Source: an archaeon | GTDB lineage: Archaea > Thermoproteota > Thermoprotei > Thermofilales > JAPDKD01 | Length of the DNA: 52,547 nt | Direction: 5' to 3' | NCBI GenBank assembly: GCA_029258735.1 | Contig: JAPDKD010000002.1 | Location: forward strand, 1 to 52,547 | Part shown: piece after piece, positions 26,092 through 35,363 of the stretch | How the letters are laid out: each line of letters begins with the position of its first letter | Numbering within the stretch: position 1 is the first letter of the stretch | Program-made: the position numbers and the translations under genes | The notes under the pieces: model-generated | Told to the model about the DNA's origin: nothing | Databases searched by the model: none | What the model saw: only the letters and a program-made list of their open reading frames with translations

Positions 26092-27785
26092 CAGCTCACC
26101 ACCCCGCGCTTAGCAGCGCCCCTAATCTCCTTCTTCACCCTGCCATTTTCCAGCACTATAACTCTGTCAGCAATAGCCATCGTGCTAGGCCTTTGAGTAA
26201 TAACTATGAGAGTTTTCCCCTTCAAGTGCTTAGTTAACGCCTCATATATTGCCCTTTCAGTTTCAGCGTCCACTTCGGAAGTAGTATCGTCAAGAACCAC
26301 AATCTTGGGATCGGCGAGAAGAGCCCGGGCAAGAGCCAGCCTTTGCCGCTGACCGCCGCTAAGCGTGACACCTCTCTCTCCAATTTCGGTGTTGTAGCCC
26401 TTGGGCAGGCTAACTATAAAGTTGTGGATATGCGCTAGCTTTGCCGCCCAAATAACCTCATTCGTGGAGGCATCGGGCCTAGCGTAAGCTATATTATTCC
26501 TGATAGTATCAGGGAATAGGTAGACGTCTTGGTGAACTACAGTAACCTGGCGCCTAAGCGACTCTAAAGTAACGTATCTTATATCCTGCCCATCAATTAG
26601 TATTCTACCCTTTTTAGGATCCGCTAGGCGAATAAGCAGCATTGCCAGCGTACTCTTCCCGCTGCCCGGAGGACCAGTAATTGCGACAATTTCCCCGGGA
26701 GCTATTTCAAGGGAAAGCCCCTGAAGAACCCACGTCTTACCATCATAGCTGAACCAGACATCGTCAAACTTTACCTGTCCCTCCTTCACCACAAGCGGAA
26801 CCGCGTTAGGATGCTCCTCAACATCGCTTTTCGCGTCAAGAACCTCAAACACCCTCGACGCCGCAACCCTAGCTCTCTCCATAATAACCGTAAGAAAGCC
26901 CAGCGAAGTTATAGGCCAAGAAATCATGCCAACATACATCGAGAAGGCCGCCACATCACCGACACTTAAAGCGCCGCTTATAACCTTCATGCCGCCGTAC
27001 CAAAAAACGACAAGCACGGCCATATTCACGATGAAGTTTAGAGTCGGCCATATAGTCGCTCTCAGCTTACCTACCGAAATGAGATGCTTAGCGTATGATG
27101 CATTGTGTCCAAAGAACCTCTTAAACATGTAATCGCTGGCACCAACGGCCCTTATTGGTATCATAGCCACGAGCGTCTCCTGAAGAACAGTAGTCATCTT
27201 AGCATAATCCTCCCTAGCACGTTCAAAGTGAAACCTAACCTTCTTAGCGATCCTCCTTATGAGGAAAGGTAGGGGTGTGAGGATTAGAAGCGAGATTAAG
27301 GTGAGGTCTACGCTCATAGAAAGCATAGCTCCCAGAGAAAATATTAGCAGCACAAAGCCCCCCATAAATCCTGCGAACGTAAACCTGAAGAACCCCTTAA
27401 CCTGCTCCACGTCTCCTGTTACCCTAGCCACAAGCCTCCCAGTCCCCTGCTTGTATAGGTATGTAAGCGATAGTTCCTGAAGCTTTCTATAAAGCTCCAC
27501 CCTCAAGTCGAATGACACCAACTCTGCCAATTTACGAGTCTCTACTCTCTGAATGAATGAGATACTCCCCTGTATAATGGCTAGAATGATAAATAGCGCC
27601 GCATAAAGCGGCACTTCCTCCCAGCGGAAACTCGCAACCAGGTTTATAGCCTGCCTAGCCACTAAAGGCGCAAACATGCCAGCTATAGCGCTAGCTGCGG
27701 AGGTAACCACCGAAATTATCAGCTCCTTTTTATGCTTCAAAGGATACCTAAGCAGCCTTCTCAAAACCGTTACCATCACCTCCAA
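26091..27785 (-). CDS. ABC exporter, fused permease-ATPase (partner half transporter)
   Basis: Walker A GPPGSGKST, signature LSGGQRQR and Walker B IVVLDDTTS are present. Its stop abuts the start of the downstream half-transporter gene. Confidence 0.85.
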   Translation of the reverse strand: MEVMVTVLRRLLRYPLKHKKELIISVVTSAASAIAGMFAPLVARQAINLVASFRWEEVPLYAALFIILAIIQGSISFIQRVETRKLAELVSFDLRVELYRKLQELSLTYLYKQGTGRLVARVTGDVEQVKGFFRFTFAGFMGGFVLLIFSLGAMLSMSVDLTLISLLILTPLPFLIRRIAKKVRFHFERAREDYAKMTTVLQETLVAMIPIRAVGASDYMFKRFFGHNASYAKHLISVGKLRATIWPTLNFIVNMAVLVVFWYGGMKVISGALSVGDVAAFSMYVGMISWPITSLGFLTVIMERARVAASRVFEVLDAKSDVEEHPNAVPLVVKEGQVKFDDVWFSYDGKTWVLQGLSLEIAPGEIVAITGPPGSGKSTLAMLLIRLADPKKGRILIDGQDIRYVTLESLRRQVTVVHQDVYLFPDTIRNNIAYARPDASTNEVIWAAKLAHIHNFIVSLPKGYNTEIGERGVTLSGGQRQRLALARALLADPKIVVLDDTTSEVDAETERAIYEALTKHLKGKTLIVITQRPSTMAIADRVIVLENGRVKKEIRGAAKRGVVS

Positions 27786-28323
27786 CTATCTTAGAAAACT
27801 CTGAAACAAGCAAATCAAACTCGGGATAGGAAACCATGCGCATCATGGTCAAAAACTCCAATGCCGGCCCAAGCCCCCGCTCGATACTCCTCTTACGCCA
27901 CGCCAAGACATCTTCAAGCGCTTTGGAACGCAGCTTAAAATAAGCTCTTAAAAGCTCCGAAAACTTCTCCGCTCGGCACTTTAAACCAAACGTTTCTATA
28001 GCCAGCGAAGCTATGTCCTTAACGTGAGAGCCGAAGAACCGGCTTTCCGCCAAAGTGCACGAGATAACGTAAATCTTAGCTGACGCCCTATAGTATTTCT
28101 CAACGAGGTTCCTCTTTTTCACCGTCTTAGAAACTTCTATCAAACCATGCTTCTCTAAAAGCTTCAAATGATAAGACACTGCCTGCAAAGAGATCCCGAG
28201 AAACCTCGCCAGCTCTGTTGCTGAGTGCTCCCCCATCTTCAACAGATGAAGTATCCTTCGCCGAGTATCGTCGAAAAACATCTTAGCTACGTCTAAATCG
28301 CGTATAATCATCACATCCATCAT
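27748..28323 (-). CDS. ArsR-family HTH regulator with C-terminal extension
   Basis: MFFDDTRRRILHLLKMGEHSATELARFLGISLQAVSYHLKLLEKHGLIEV is a classical ArsR wHTH. ATG at 28323 is preferred; the upstream 30 codons of the track ORF are an A/T-rich promoter-like sequence. Confidence 0.75.
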   Translation of the reverse strand: MMDVMIIRDLDVAKMFFDDTRRRILHLLKMGEHSATELARFLGISLQAVSYHLKLLEKHGLIEVSKTVKKRNLVEKYYRASAKIYVISCTLAESRFFGSHVKDIASLAIETFGLKCRAEKFSELLRAYFKLRSKALEDVLAWRKRSIERGLGPALEFLTMMRMVSYPEFDLLVSEFSKIVGGDGNGFEKAA

Positions 28324-28426
28324 ATAAGCAAAGACAAATAGGGTGCTTAAAAACTTTTTTAATCGATAAAAAATAAATTTGAGCGAAGAATAATTGATAA
28401 ACGTTATCAACATTTAAGTTATTGCC

Positions 28427-28816
28427 ATGAAGGATAGGTTACTACGTTACTGGGTATATTTCCGAAGGGGACATGCCACGTACCTGGCATTCCTGATAAG
28501 CTTTGCAAACTTCATAGCCATACAGTACAGACTAGTAATTGAAAACGTGCCAGCATTAGCATCGCTTTTCCCCCGCCTTGCATACTTCCTCGTAGCGTTC
28601 GCAGCGATATACCTCCCCATATGCATAGTAATCGGGTGGTGGGACTACAAAAAAGGCGGAGTACCAGTAGAAAAAACAGTCAGCACGCTGGCAAACCCCT
28701 GGAACAGGGACATAACCCTAGCATTAATACTGCTGATGCAGGACAAAAAGGATGAAGCCATACAAATACTATCAAAATGGGTAGAAAAAGAGGCACGAGA
28801 AGGTGCGCAGCGATGA
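28427..28816 (+). CDS. Small hypothetical membrane protein (2 TM)
   Basis: 129-aa ORF. It is translationally coupled (ATGA) to dcd. Confidence 0.5.
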   Translation: MKDRLLRYWVYFRRGHATYLAFLISFANFIAIQYRLVIENVPALASLFPRLAYFLVAFAAIYLPICIVIGWWDYKKGGVPVEKTVSTLANPWNRDITLALILLMQDKKDEAIQILSKWVEKEAREGAQR

Positions 28817-29382
28817 TTCTCTCCGATATAGACATTAAAAAATATATAGAAAGGGGAGAAATTGTAATAGACCCGCTGTGTCCCGAAAACATAGGACCGT
28901 GTTCTGTAGACCTAACTCTTTCCGACACCTTCCTAGTTTTCGAGGGAGTTGACATAATAGACCCCCAGAAATTCAACGACTTAAAAAGAAGCACCAAAAC
29001 AATAAAAACAAACGGCAAACCATTCACCATAAACCCCCACCAATTCATCCTAGCAATGACCCGCGAAAAAATAGCAATAAGCAAACAGTTAGCAGCAACC
29101 CTCGAAGGAAGAAGCAGCATAGCCCGCCTAGGCCTAATAGTCCACGCCGCTGGCCTCGTAAACCCAGGCACTGGAATACTGCAACCAAAACCCCTCGTAC
29201 TAGAAGTATTCTGCGAAAACACGGCGCCAATAAAACTCTACCCAGGCATGAAAATAGTCCAAATAATATTCCACAAACTAACAACCCCAGCCAGCAAGGG
29301 ATACGACGAAAGAAAAGAATCCCAATTCGCCGCCCAGAACAAGTGGATGCCCGAAAAATTCGAGAACACCACGACAACTTAA
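28813..29382 (+). CDS. dcd: dCTP deaminase (dUTPase-fold)
   Basis: MILSDIDIKKYIERGEIVIDP...GPCSVDLTL...LEGRSSIARLGLIVHAAGLVNPG...LEV.N....I.LYPGMKIVQIIF matches the Dcd family pattern. Start is the ATG at 28813. Confidence 0.85.
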   Translation: MILSDIDIKKYIERGEIVIDPLCPENIGPCSVDLTLSDTFLVFEGVDIIDPQKFNDLKRSTKTIKTNGKPFTINPHQFILAMTREKIAISKQLAATLEGRSSIARLGLIVHAAGLVNPGTGILQPKPLVLEVFCENTAPIKLYPGMKIVQIIFHKLTTPASKGYDERKESQFAAQNKWMPEKFENTTTT

Positions 29383-29415
29383 TAATTCTACACAACTAAA
29401 AATTATTGAGAACCG

Positions 29416-30123
29416 GTGAATTCGATGAAAAAAGAAACGCTCCTAGCAGGGCTAGCGACAATCCTTGCCGACGCAGCAATATTTTATTTATATCCTCCCC
29501 CTGTAGCGGAGATAATAATAGGTGCAGGTCTCGCACTCTGGGTGCTGCTCGTAGTATTCTGGATATCCAAACTAGTAGCCCAGAAAACAAACAAATACAT
29601 ATCCAGGAAATTCATCCACTTCACCACGGGCGGCCTAGTCTCACTGCTAATATGGTACACGTGGTTCACCGGAAAACCACTGTTCACACAGCCAACCGTG
29701 CCCGTCGCCGCGTCCTTCGCCCTCGGATTCCTAACCTTAGCATACCACCTAGAGAGGAAGGAGCTAACCTGGTTCCAAGTAGAGAAAAATCTGGGAGAAG
29801 TATGGTTCTGCCTAACTTGGGGCACAATCTACCTCCTATTCTGGCACGACATACCCACAGCCAGCGCCGCGACAATGTTTATGGCCTACGGAGACGGAGT
29901 AACGGGAGTCGTAAGAAACTACGTGTACCGCAAATGGACAAAAGGGCTCTGGGGCTCCGCCGCGATGCTTGCGGTCTCCATACCAATAGGACTGGTGTTA
30001 AAAGGCATAGGAGGCGCAATAGCGGCCATAGCGGCAACCCTAATAGAACTATGGCCAAAAATAGACGACAACATCACCGTGCCCATAATATCAGCGACGA
30101 CGATGTACCTAGTCCCGGTATAG
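29416..30123 (+). CDS. CTP-dependent polyprenol (dolichol/phytol) kinase-like membrane protein, CdsA superfamily
   Basis: Family-typical motifs are present: SRKFIHFTTGG, AYGDGVTGVVRN....K.WTKGLWGSAAM and ELWPKIDDNITVPI. The likely true start is ATG at 29425. Confidence 0.55.
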   Translation: MNSMKKETLLAGLATILADAAIFYLYPPPVAEIIIGAGLALWVLLVVFWISKLVAQKTNKYISRKFIHFTTGGLVSLLIWYTWFTGKPLFTQPTVPVAASFALGFLTLAYHLERKELTWFQVEKNLGEVWFCLTWGTIYLLFWHDIPTASAATMFMAYGDGVTGVVRNYVYRKWTKGLWGSAAMLAVSIPIGLVLKGIGGAIAAIAATLIELWPKIDDNITVPIISATTMYLVPV

Positions 30124-31050
30124 CTATGGCGTAGGAGTAGGAAATATCATCCTACCCAAAGCATCGCCATAAATCTCCAACAAGTTAAAGTAAACCAGCG
30201 TAATCGTAAGCATAAAAATCGTGTGAAGCAGCCCAGCCCCCACTCTGTTGGCCTTAAGCTTGCCAATAATAAGCCCGCCGAAAAACGACTGGAAAGCAGC
30301 AGTATAAAACAGTATAGCATTAATAGATGCAACATCAATTCTCAAGCCCCCGAAAGCAGATCCCATACCAGCCAAAACAGCCAACGGCTTAACAAACACA
30401 TAGATAAGTATAAACGAAATAAAAAGAAAAATAGCTATAGCCACGTACACAACAGTAAAATACGGCGAAACTTGCGTGCGCCTCTCCTCCTCATAAGCTC
30501 TAAGCATCGCGTACATCTCGGCAGCGCTGTCAAGAACATCAACAACTTTGCCGCCGCTCTGATAAGCCGTAATAAGCGTAATAACTGCCCGCTTAAAACT
30601 CACAACCCCAAGCTTATCAGCCAAGCGATGTAAAGCCTCCTCCAAAGACATGCCAAACTCAACTTTAACAATAACGTTTCTCATCTCGCTTCCCAGCGGC
30701 CCCGGAGTAATACTCGCAACGCTCTCCAAAGCTTCAATAAACGGCAGACCAGCGCGAATAGACTCGCCCAGCCCCTTAAAAAACGGCCCCAGGTTCTTAT
30801 TAATAGAGTCAATATAACGTCTATTAAAGAAGTCCACAACCGCATAAGGAAAAATACCGAGCAAAACAGAAAGAACAAGCAAAGTATTAATCCTGGTAGA
30901 CTTAATGACCGGAGAATCCAGCGTAAGCCTCTGAGAAAGAAGCTCCTCCCTATAAAAAGTAACCAAAACAAATAACGGAATAAACGCCAAAAACACGCTC
31001 AGCCCAGCGAGTAGAACCTTCTTCCGTGCAGTAAGCACTATAAACGGCAT
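30124..31050 (-). CDS. Type IV pilus platform protein, TadC/FlaJ-like (second half of split platform)
   Basis: A T2SSF-type cytoplasmic domain (FFKGLGESIRAGLPFIEALESVA...MSLEEALHRLADKL...FKRAVITLITAYQSGGKVVDVLD) is flanked by TM helices. ATG at 31050 is preferred. Confidence 0.75.
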   Translation of the reverse strand: MPFIVLTARKKVLLAGLSVFLAFIPLFVLVTFYREELLSQRLTLDSPVIKSTRINTLLVLSVLLGIFPYAVVDFFNRRYIDSINKNLGPFFKGLGESIRAGLPFIEALESVASITPGPLGSEMRNVIVKVEFGMSLEEALHRLADKLGVVSFKRAVITLITAYQSGGKVVDVLDSAAEMYAMLRAYEEERRTQVSPYFTVVYVAIAIFLFISFILIYVFVKPLAVLAGMGSAFGGLRIDVASINAILFYTAAFQSFFGGLIIGKLKANRVGAGLLHTIFMLTITLVYFNLLEIYGDALGRMIFPTPTP

Positions 31051-31054
31051 AGCA

Positions 31055-31921
31055 CTACACCTTCGACAACACAGAATCAATCATAATCAAAACACTAACA
31101 GCCGAAACCGGAATAACAACAAGAGTAAGGATAAATATTAGCAACAGAGGAGGAATGCCCGCAACGCTCCCACCTAGAAGAGACATCACAACCATCATAA
31201 CAATCATAATAAGAGGCGCCGCGACCATCATAGTAACGTACATCTCCCCAATAAGCGCCAAAGAGTTCGAAATGCCGCGAAGCGCGGTCATCTTATCCTC
31301 AAGCAAACGCCTAGCCATAAACATCGCATACTCCTTCAAATCCCCACTAGTAATAAACGTGTCACGAAGCCCCGTCATAAACACCTTAAAAGAAATAGAA
31401 GGACTACGCTCAGCAGCCCGCTCCAAAGCCGTAGCAGTATCAACATTAAAAAGCTCTATATCCCTAACGATAAGTCCAAACTCCCTAGCAAGATCCTTCT
31501 CACCTTCAACCCTAGCCGCCTCCCAAATAAGCCGCTCAACACCCACGCCCGCGCCCGCAAGCGACGCCATATAACCCACAGCATACGGCAACGCCGCGTC
31601 AATCCGAGCCCGCCTAGAACGCTTAAGATAAAACGGCAAATAAAGGCCAAACCCAATAACAGCAACAATGTAGATAAGCGCCAAAACAACAGACGCCGCA
31701 ACAGCCCTAACAAAAGGAAGCCGCATAAAGACTAGATGAAGAGGCAGACTAAGCACAAACACAAATGGAAACCCAAAAACAGCAGCAGCAACAAAAAACG
31801 ACAAATAAACATGGTAAGGCACCGCCAACCCACTCGACAAATAAGCCTGCTTAAAAGCTGGAAGCCGCTCAGCCCAGCGCCGAGCCAGCCCGCCAAAAAG
31901 CTTGTAAGCAACGAAGCTCAT
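31055..31921 (-). CDS. Type IV pilus platform protein, TadB/FlaJ-like (first half of split platform)
   Basis: T2SSF-type domain: LPYAVGYMASLAGAGVGVERLIWEAA...TATALERAAERSPSISFKVFMTGLRDTFITSGDLKEY. The start overlaps the ATPase stop (ATGA). Confidence 0.75.
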   Translation of the reverse strand: MSFVAYKLFGGLARRWAERLPAFKQAYLSSGLAVPYHVYLSFFVAAAVFGFPFVFVLSLPLHLVFMRLPFVRAVAASVVLALIYIVAVIGFGLYLPFYLKRSRRARIDAALPYAVGYMASLAGAGVGVERLIWEAARVEGEKDLAREFGLIVRDIELFNVDTATALERAAERSPSISFKVFMTGLRDTFITSGDLKEYAMFMARRLLEDKMTALRGISNSLALIGEMYVTMMVAAPLIMIVMMVVMSLLGGSVAGIPPLLLIFILTLVVIPVSAVSVLIMIDSVLSKV

Positions 31922-33456
31922 AGCTCACCCATCTTAACAGCGTTATAAACACGCGTAGGATTATAGTAATACTCCCTCACAACGGCGCTAATAGCAGCGT
32001 AATCCGTCTTACCTTTCTCCGCAAGATAGCGGATAATCTCCTCCCTCCGATCAAGCTCCTCCAAAATCTCATCGTAATCCTTAAACTTCTCCTCAGCAAG
32101 CTTCTTCAACAAATAACTTTCCTCCCTAAACTCAATCTCGTCAAGAACCGGGTTATACCTGAAAACGTTCCTAAAAGTCGCAACACCTCTATCAACGTCA
32201 ACACCCGTACACTCGTTAACCTCCACAATCCGCCGAACAATCCTAGCCCCAACCTTAATCCTCTTAATAGTACAATAAACGTTCATCATAGGCAACATGA
32301 AAAGGGGCACGTTCATAGGCTCAGCCAGCAAACGCCTCATAGCGTAGTCAACGTTCTCCGCGTGCATAGTACAAAGACCAGCGTGGCCAGTAGCGATAGC
32401 CTGAAAAAGCGTAAAAGCCTCCTCGCCGCGCACCTCGCCCACAATAATGTAGTCAGGCCTCATCCTAAGCGAAGACTTCAACAAGTCAAAAAGGTCCACG
32501 TTCCTAACCCACTCCTCGTAAGACGGGCGAGTAACCAGGGGAATCCAGTTCTCATGCGGCAAATTAAGCTCAGGAGTCTCCTCAATAGTCACAATCTTAG
32601 CCTCAGGCCGAATAAACGTAGCAATCGCGTTAAGCGTAGTAGTCTTACCGCTCGCCGTAGCCCCAACAATCATCAAGCTACGGCCCTCCTCAATAAGAAG
32701 CCAAAAATACGCCGCCAACTTCGGCGAAACAGTCCCAAACTTAATAAGATTAATCACCGAATAAGGGATACGCCTAAACTTCCTAATAGTGAAGGTCCCG
32801 CCCCGCCGCGAAACCTCCTCCAAAGTAAGGTGAATACGGAACCCCTCAGGCAGGCTACCCTCAACTATCGGCTGAGCAACCGAAATCTGCTTCCTAGCCC
32901 TATACGAGAGGCGGATAAGCAGCGCCCTAAGCTCCTCCAAATCCCGAAACACAATGTTCGTAGGAATAGACTCGTACTTACTATGCCAAACAAAAACAGG
33001 TGCATCAAGCCCATCGCAGCTAATATCCTCAATAAACTCGTCCTTCATAATAACGTCAATCTTACCATAGCCCAGCAAATCCCTCTTAAGATAATAGAGA
33101 ATCTTATCCCAAGCCTCCCTCCTAACCCTAACCCTATACCTCCTAACAACCCGGCGAATCTCCTCCTCCAAAACCTTCTCCACACCCACCTCCCTAAGCT
33201 TCTCCAAGCTAACATGCGAAGACTCAAGCAAAAGCTCCCTAATCTCTTTAATCGCCTTCACATCATCCCTAGTGAGTGGAGGCTCCAAAACCCTGTACTC
33301 AAGACGCCCAAGACGCCTAACACGAACAATAGCAGCATAAGCAAACGGAGACCTAACAGGATAAAGCTCAACAAGCATCTCATCCCTAGACAACCTAGGC
33401 GAAACAGTCAACAGATTATTAACCTTCTCCCCCGACTCCGACATAAACTCCCTCAA
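31918..33456 (-). CDS. Archaeal type IV pilus/secretion ATPase (FlaI/ArlI-UpsE-type, GspE/VirB11 superfamily)
   Basis: Walker A VGATASGKTTT, Asp box/Walker B RPDYIIVGEVRGEEA and His box ATGHAGLCTMHA are present. 512 aa. Confidence 0.9.
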   Translation of the reverse strand: MREFMSESGEKVNNLLTVSPRLSRDEMLVELYPVRSPFAYAAIVRVRRLGRLEYRVLEPPLTRDDVKAIKEIRELLLESSHVSLEKLREVGVEKVLEEEIRRVVRRYRVRVRREAWDKILYYLKRDLLGYGKIDVIMKDEFIEDISCDGLDAPVFVWHSKYESIPTNIVFRDLEELRALLIRLSYRARKQISVAQPIVEGSLPEGFRIHLTLEEVSRRGGTFTIRKFRRIPYSVINLIKFGTVSPKLAAYFWLLIEEGRSLMIVGATASGKTTTLNAIATFIRPEAKIVTIEETPELNLPHENWIPLVTRPSYEEWVRNVDLFDLLKSSLRMRPDYIIVGEVRGEEAFTLFQAIATGHAGLCTMHAENVDYAMRRLLAEPMNVPLFMLPMMNVYCTIKRIKVGARIVRRIVEVNECTGVDVDRGVATFRNVFRYNPVLDEIEFREESYLLKKLAEEKFKDYDEILEELDRREEIIRYLAEKGKTDYAAISAVVREYYYNPTRVYNAVKMGEL

Positions 33457-33629
33457 ATAATAAAACAGGCAAAATAATAAAATAATTTCTCAAAAAGACG
33501 GAAAAACAAACATTGGACCTTAACCCAAAACAACAACAAAAAAAGCAGATTAAAATCCAATAATTTTATATACATCCCCCGCCACAAAATATTTGGGGGA
33601 TCAAAATAAGATCGGTAAAAAATCTAATT

Positions 33630-33893
33630 ATAAAACATAGAAAAATATTAGTTCTAACTATTCTCCTCACACTCTTCATATCATTTACAGCAACTGCACT
33701 AGCAAAACCACTATTCACTATAAAAACCCACAAAGTAACCGTACAAGCATGGACACAAGACGGCCACCTATGGATCAAAATCCAACTACCAAACGGCAAA
33801 ACCATACTAATAGACCCAGTAATAGACCCAACAGGAGCCAACGACGGCGGAGACGACGACGGAATACCATACAACGATCCGGTCGGAGATTAG
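33630..33893 (+). pseudogene. Small secreted-protein ORF lacking a canonical start codon (ATA at the expected ATG)
   Basis: The frame is open from 33564 to TAG at 33891-33893. From ATA at 33630 it reads (I)KHRKILVLTILLTLFISFTATALA/KPLFTIKTHKVTVQAWTQDGHLWIKIQLPNGKTILIDPVIDPTGANDGGDDDGIPYNDPVGD. This frame contains no ATG, GTG or TTG. Confidence 0.3.
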
Positions 33894-33952
33894 CTAAAAA
33901 TAAACTCACATATATAAAAAATCAATTGAAGATACAGTAATAGGGATGACTA

Positions 33953-35011
33953 ATGCTCTTTGAAAAATATTATAAAGTGCTCTCTAATGAAAAAGCATTA
34001 AAAGTAATATTCCACCTATCATACGCAAAAACGATAAGAGAATTAGCAAGATTAACAAAAATCCCACCAACTACTGTGCAAAATATATTAGCAAAATTAA
34101 CAAAAATAGGAAAAATAAAATTCGTCCCAGATTATTCTTACTTTGGTTTAATCAATCTCGCAGTAATAGTTCAATCAAACCATCCGATTCAACTAAGAAA
34201 GTCGATAATTGGCACAAAAGCTGTCAGAGAATTCAGGGGAATAGGATTTAAAGCAACAGTCATAAGAGCCCTAGTTCCTTACGTACTCAAGCAAAAATAC
34301 CTAGAAGAACTAAAAAACACAATAGATGGAGACATTATAGCCGTAGTAGAAAGCAAAGAATACATATCATGGAAACCCGACGAAGACATAATGGTATACC
34401 TAGACTTCAACAGACTAACACCAGTCATAGACAAACTATTCAAAATACTCGAACAAGAAAAAACACCCCCACAATACCGCCCCAACAACAAAACACCAGA
34501 CGAAATAGACCTAAAAATACTAGCAGGAAAACTAGCCTGGGGACCATACATAAGACCATACACAATCATAAAGAAACTCAACACACTCGAAAACAAGCCC
34601 ATGCCTCCAAAACAAACAATAAGCTACCACTACATAAACCACGTACTAAAAGGCTGGAAATACAACACATACCACATATACTACCCATCAAACAAAATAC
34701 CCTTCATGGCCCTATACCTAAAAGGACCAGAAGCACCAGCACTAGCAAGAGCACTAATGACATTCCCAGGCTCATTCTACGCATACATCGACACAGACCA
34801 AGCCTACCTATCTGTGCAGTACCCATGCCACATCCTAAACGACATCTTCAACTTAACCTCAGCAGCAAACGTCGAAGCACCACTAGGCATAATGACCATG
34901 AAACTAGCCCTAAAATCCAAGTCACCCAAACTATGGAAATTCCTACATAAAGTTGGGCGGAGGTACGAATGGAGATGGCCCGTAGAAGCAGTAATAAAGT
35001 CAAGAAACTAA
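33953..35011 (+). CDS. Double-HTH transcription regulator (paralog of 14827..15873), pilus-locus associated
   Basis: N-terminal HTH (TIRELARLTKIPPTTVQNILAKLTKIGK), then a second HTH (PDEIDLKILAGKL...ISYHYINHV), then LARALMTFPGSFYAYIDTDQAYLSVQYPC. The paralog has AARALVKIPSFFNAFIENDKALVVGQPPC at the matching position. Confidence 0.65.
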   Translation: MLFEKYYKVLSNEKALKVIFHLSYAKTIRELARLTKIPPTTVQNILAKLTKIGKIKFVPDYSYFGLINLAVIVQSNHPIQLRKSIIGTKAVREFRGIGFKATVIRALVPYVLKQKYLEELKNTIDGDIIAVVESKEYISWKPDEDIMVYLDFNRLTPVIDKLFKILEQEKTPPQYRPNNKTPDEIDLKILAGKLAWGPYIRPYTIIKKLNTLENKPMPPKQTISYHYINHVLKGWKYNTYHIYYPSNKIPFMALYLKGPEAPALARALMTFPGSFYAYIDTDQAYLSVQYPCHILNDIFNLTSAANVEAPLGIMTMKLALKSKSPKLWKFLHKVGRRYEWRWPVEAVIKSRN

Positions 35012-35253
35012 TCTGGGACGAATTCTACAAAAAACACACATCCTTCCTAGGCACCCTAGTCTACTACGCACGCACAAACTACCACATAGACGCCGAAAAA
35101 GCCTTCCTACACGACCTACAATTATTCAAAAAAGTAGTAACAAAAATCTACGGCGAACTAGGCTGGCAACTATTCATAGAAGAAGCAATAGCCATAGCAC
35201 AAAAACTAAAAATAAACATTAAAGAACTAGAAGAATTAATAAAAACAATATAA
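34969..35253 (+). CDS. Small helical hypothetical protein
   Basis: 94-aa ORF that overlaps the regulator's 3' end by 43 nt. It has coding-like K/E/L-rich helical sequence. No family recognised. Confidence 0.4.
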   Translation: MEMARRSSNKVKKLIWDEFYKKHTSFLGTLVYYARTNYHIDAEKAFLHDLQLFKKVVTKIYGELGWQLFIEEAIAIAQKLKINIKELEELIKTI

Positions 35254-35309
35254 CAAAAACATAACACAAACTCCTAAAAACCAACAAAAACAACCAAAAA
35301 AAGAAACCT

Positions 35310-35332
35310 AAATTAATAAATATAAATAAATA
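35310..35332 (+). promoter_or_regulatory. TATA-box-like A/T block upstream of the major pilin gene
   Basis: AAATTAATAAATATAAATAAATA ends 32 nt upstream of the ATG at 35364. Confidence 0.4.
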
Positions 35333-35363
35333 CACCCCGCACAATAAAAACCCGGTGAAAACA

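Noticed and set aside
29406-30134. 242-aa plus-strand ORF overlapping the polyprenol-kinase-like gene in another frame (also 28680..29222 and 29045..29395 antisense to dcd)
   Set aside because: These are Arg/Ser/Pro-rich low-complexity products from stop-depleted skewed DNA. The chosen frames have clear family motifs (GDGVTG..., GRSS.ARLG).
32362-33477. 371-aa plus-strand ORF antisense to the pilus ATPase
   Set aside because: The product is K/N/P/R/L/Q-rich low complexity. The frame is open only because the + strand here is depleted in T and G, which makes stop codons rare. The minus strand encodes a complete ATPase with Walker A/B and His boxes.
34369-34950. 193-aa alternative-frame ORF inside the double-HTH regulator gene
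   Set aside because: It is a low-complexity T/R/K/N/P/H-rich product in the same stop-depleted A+C-rich strand. The annotated frame has a full-length paralog at 14827..15873.
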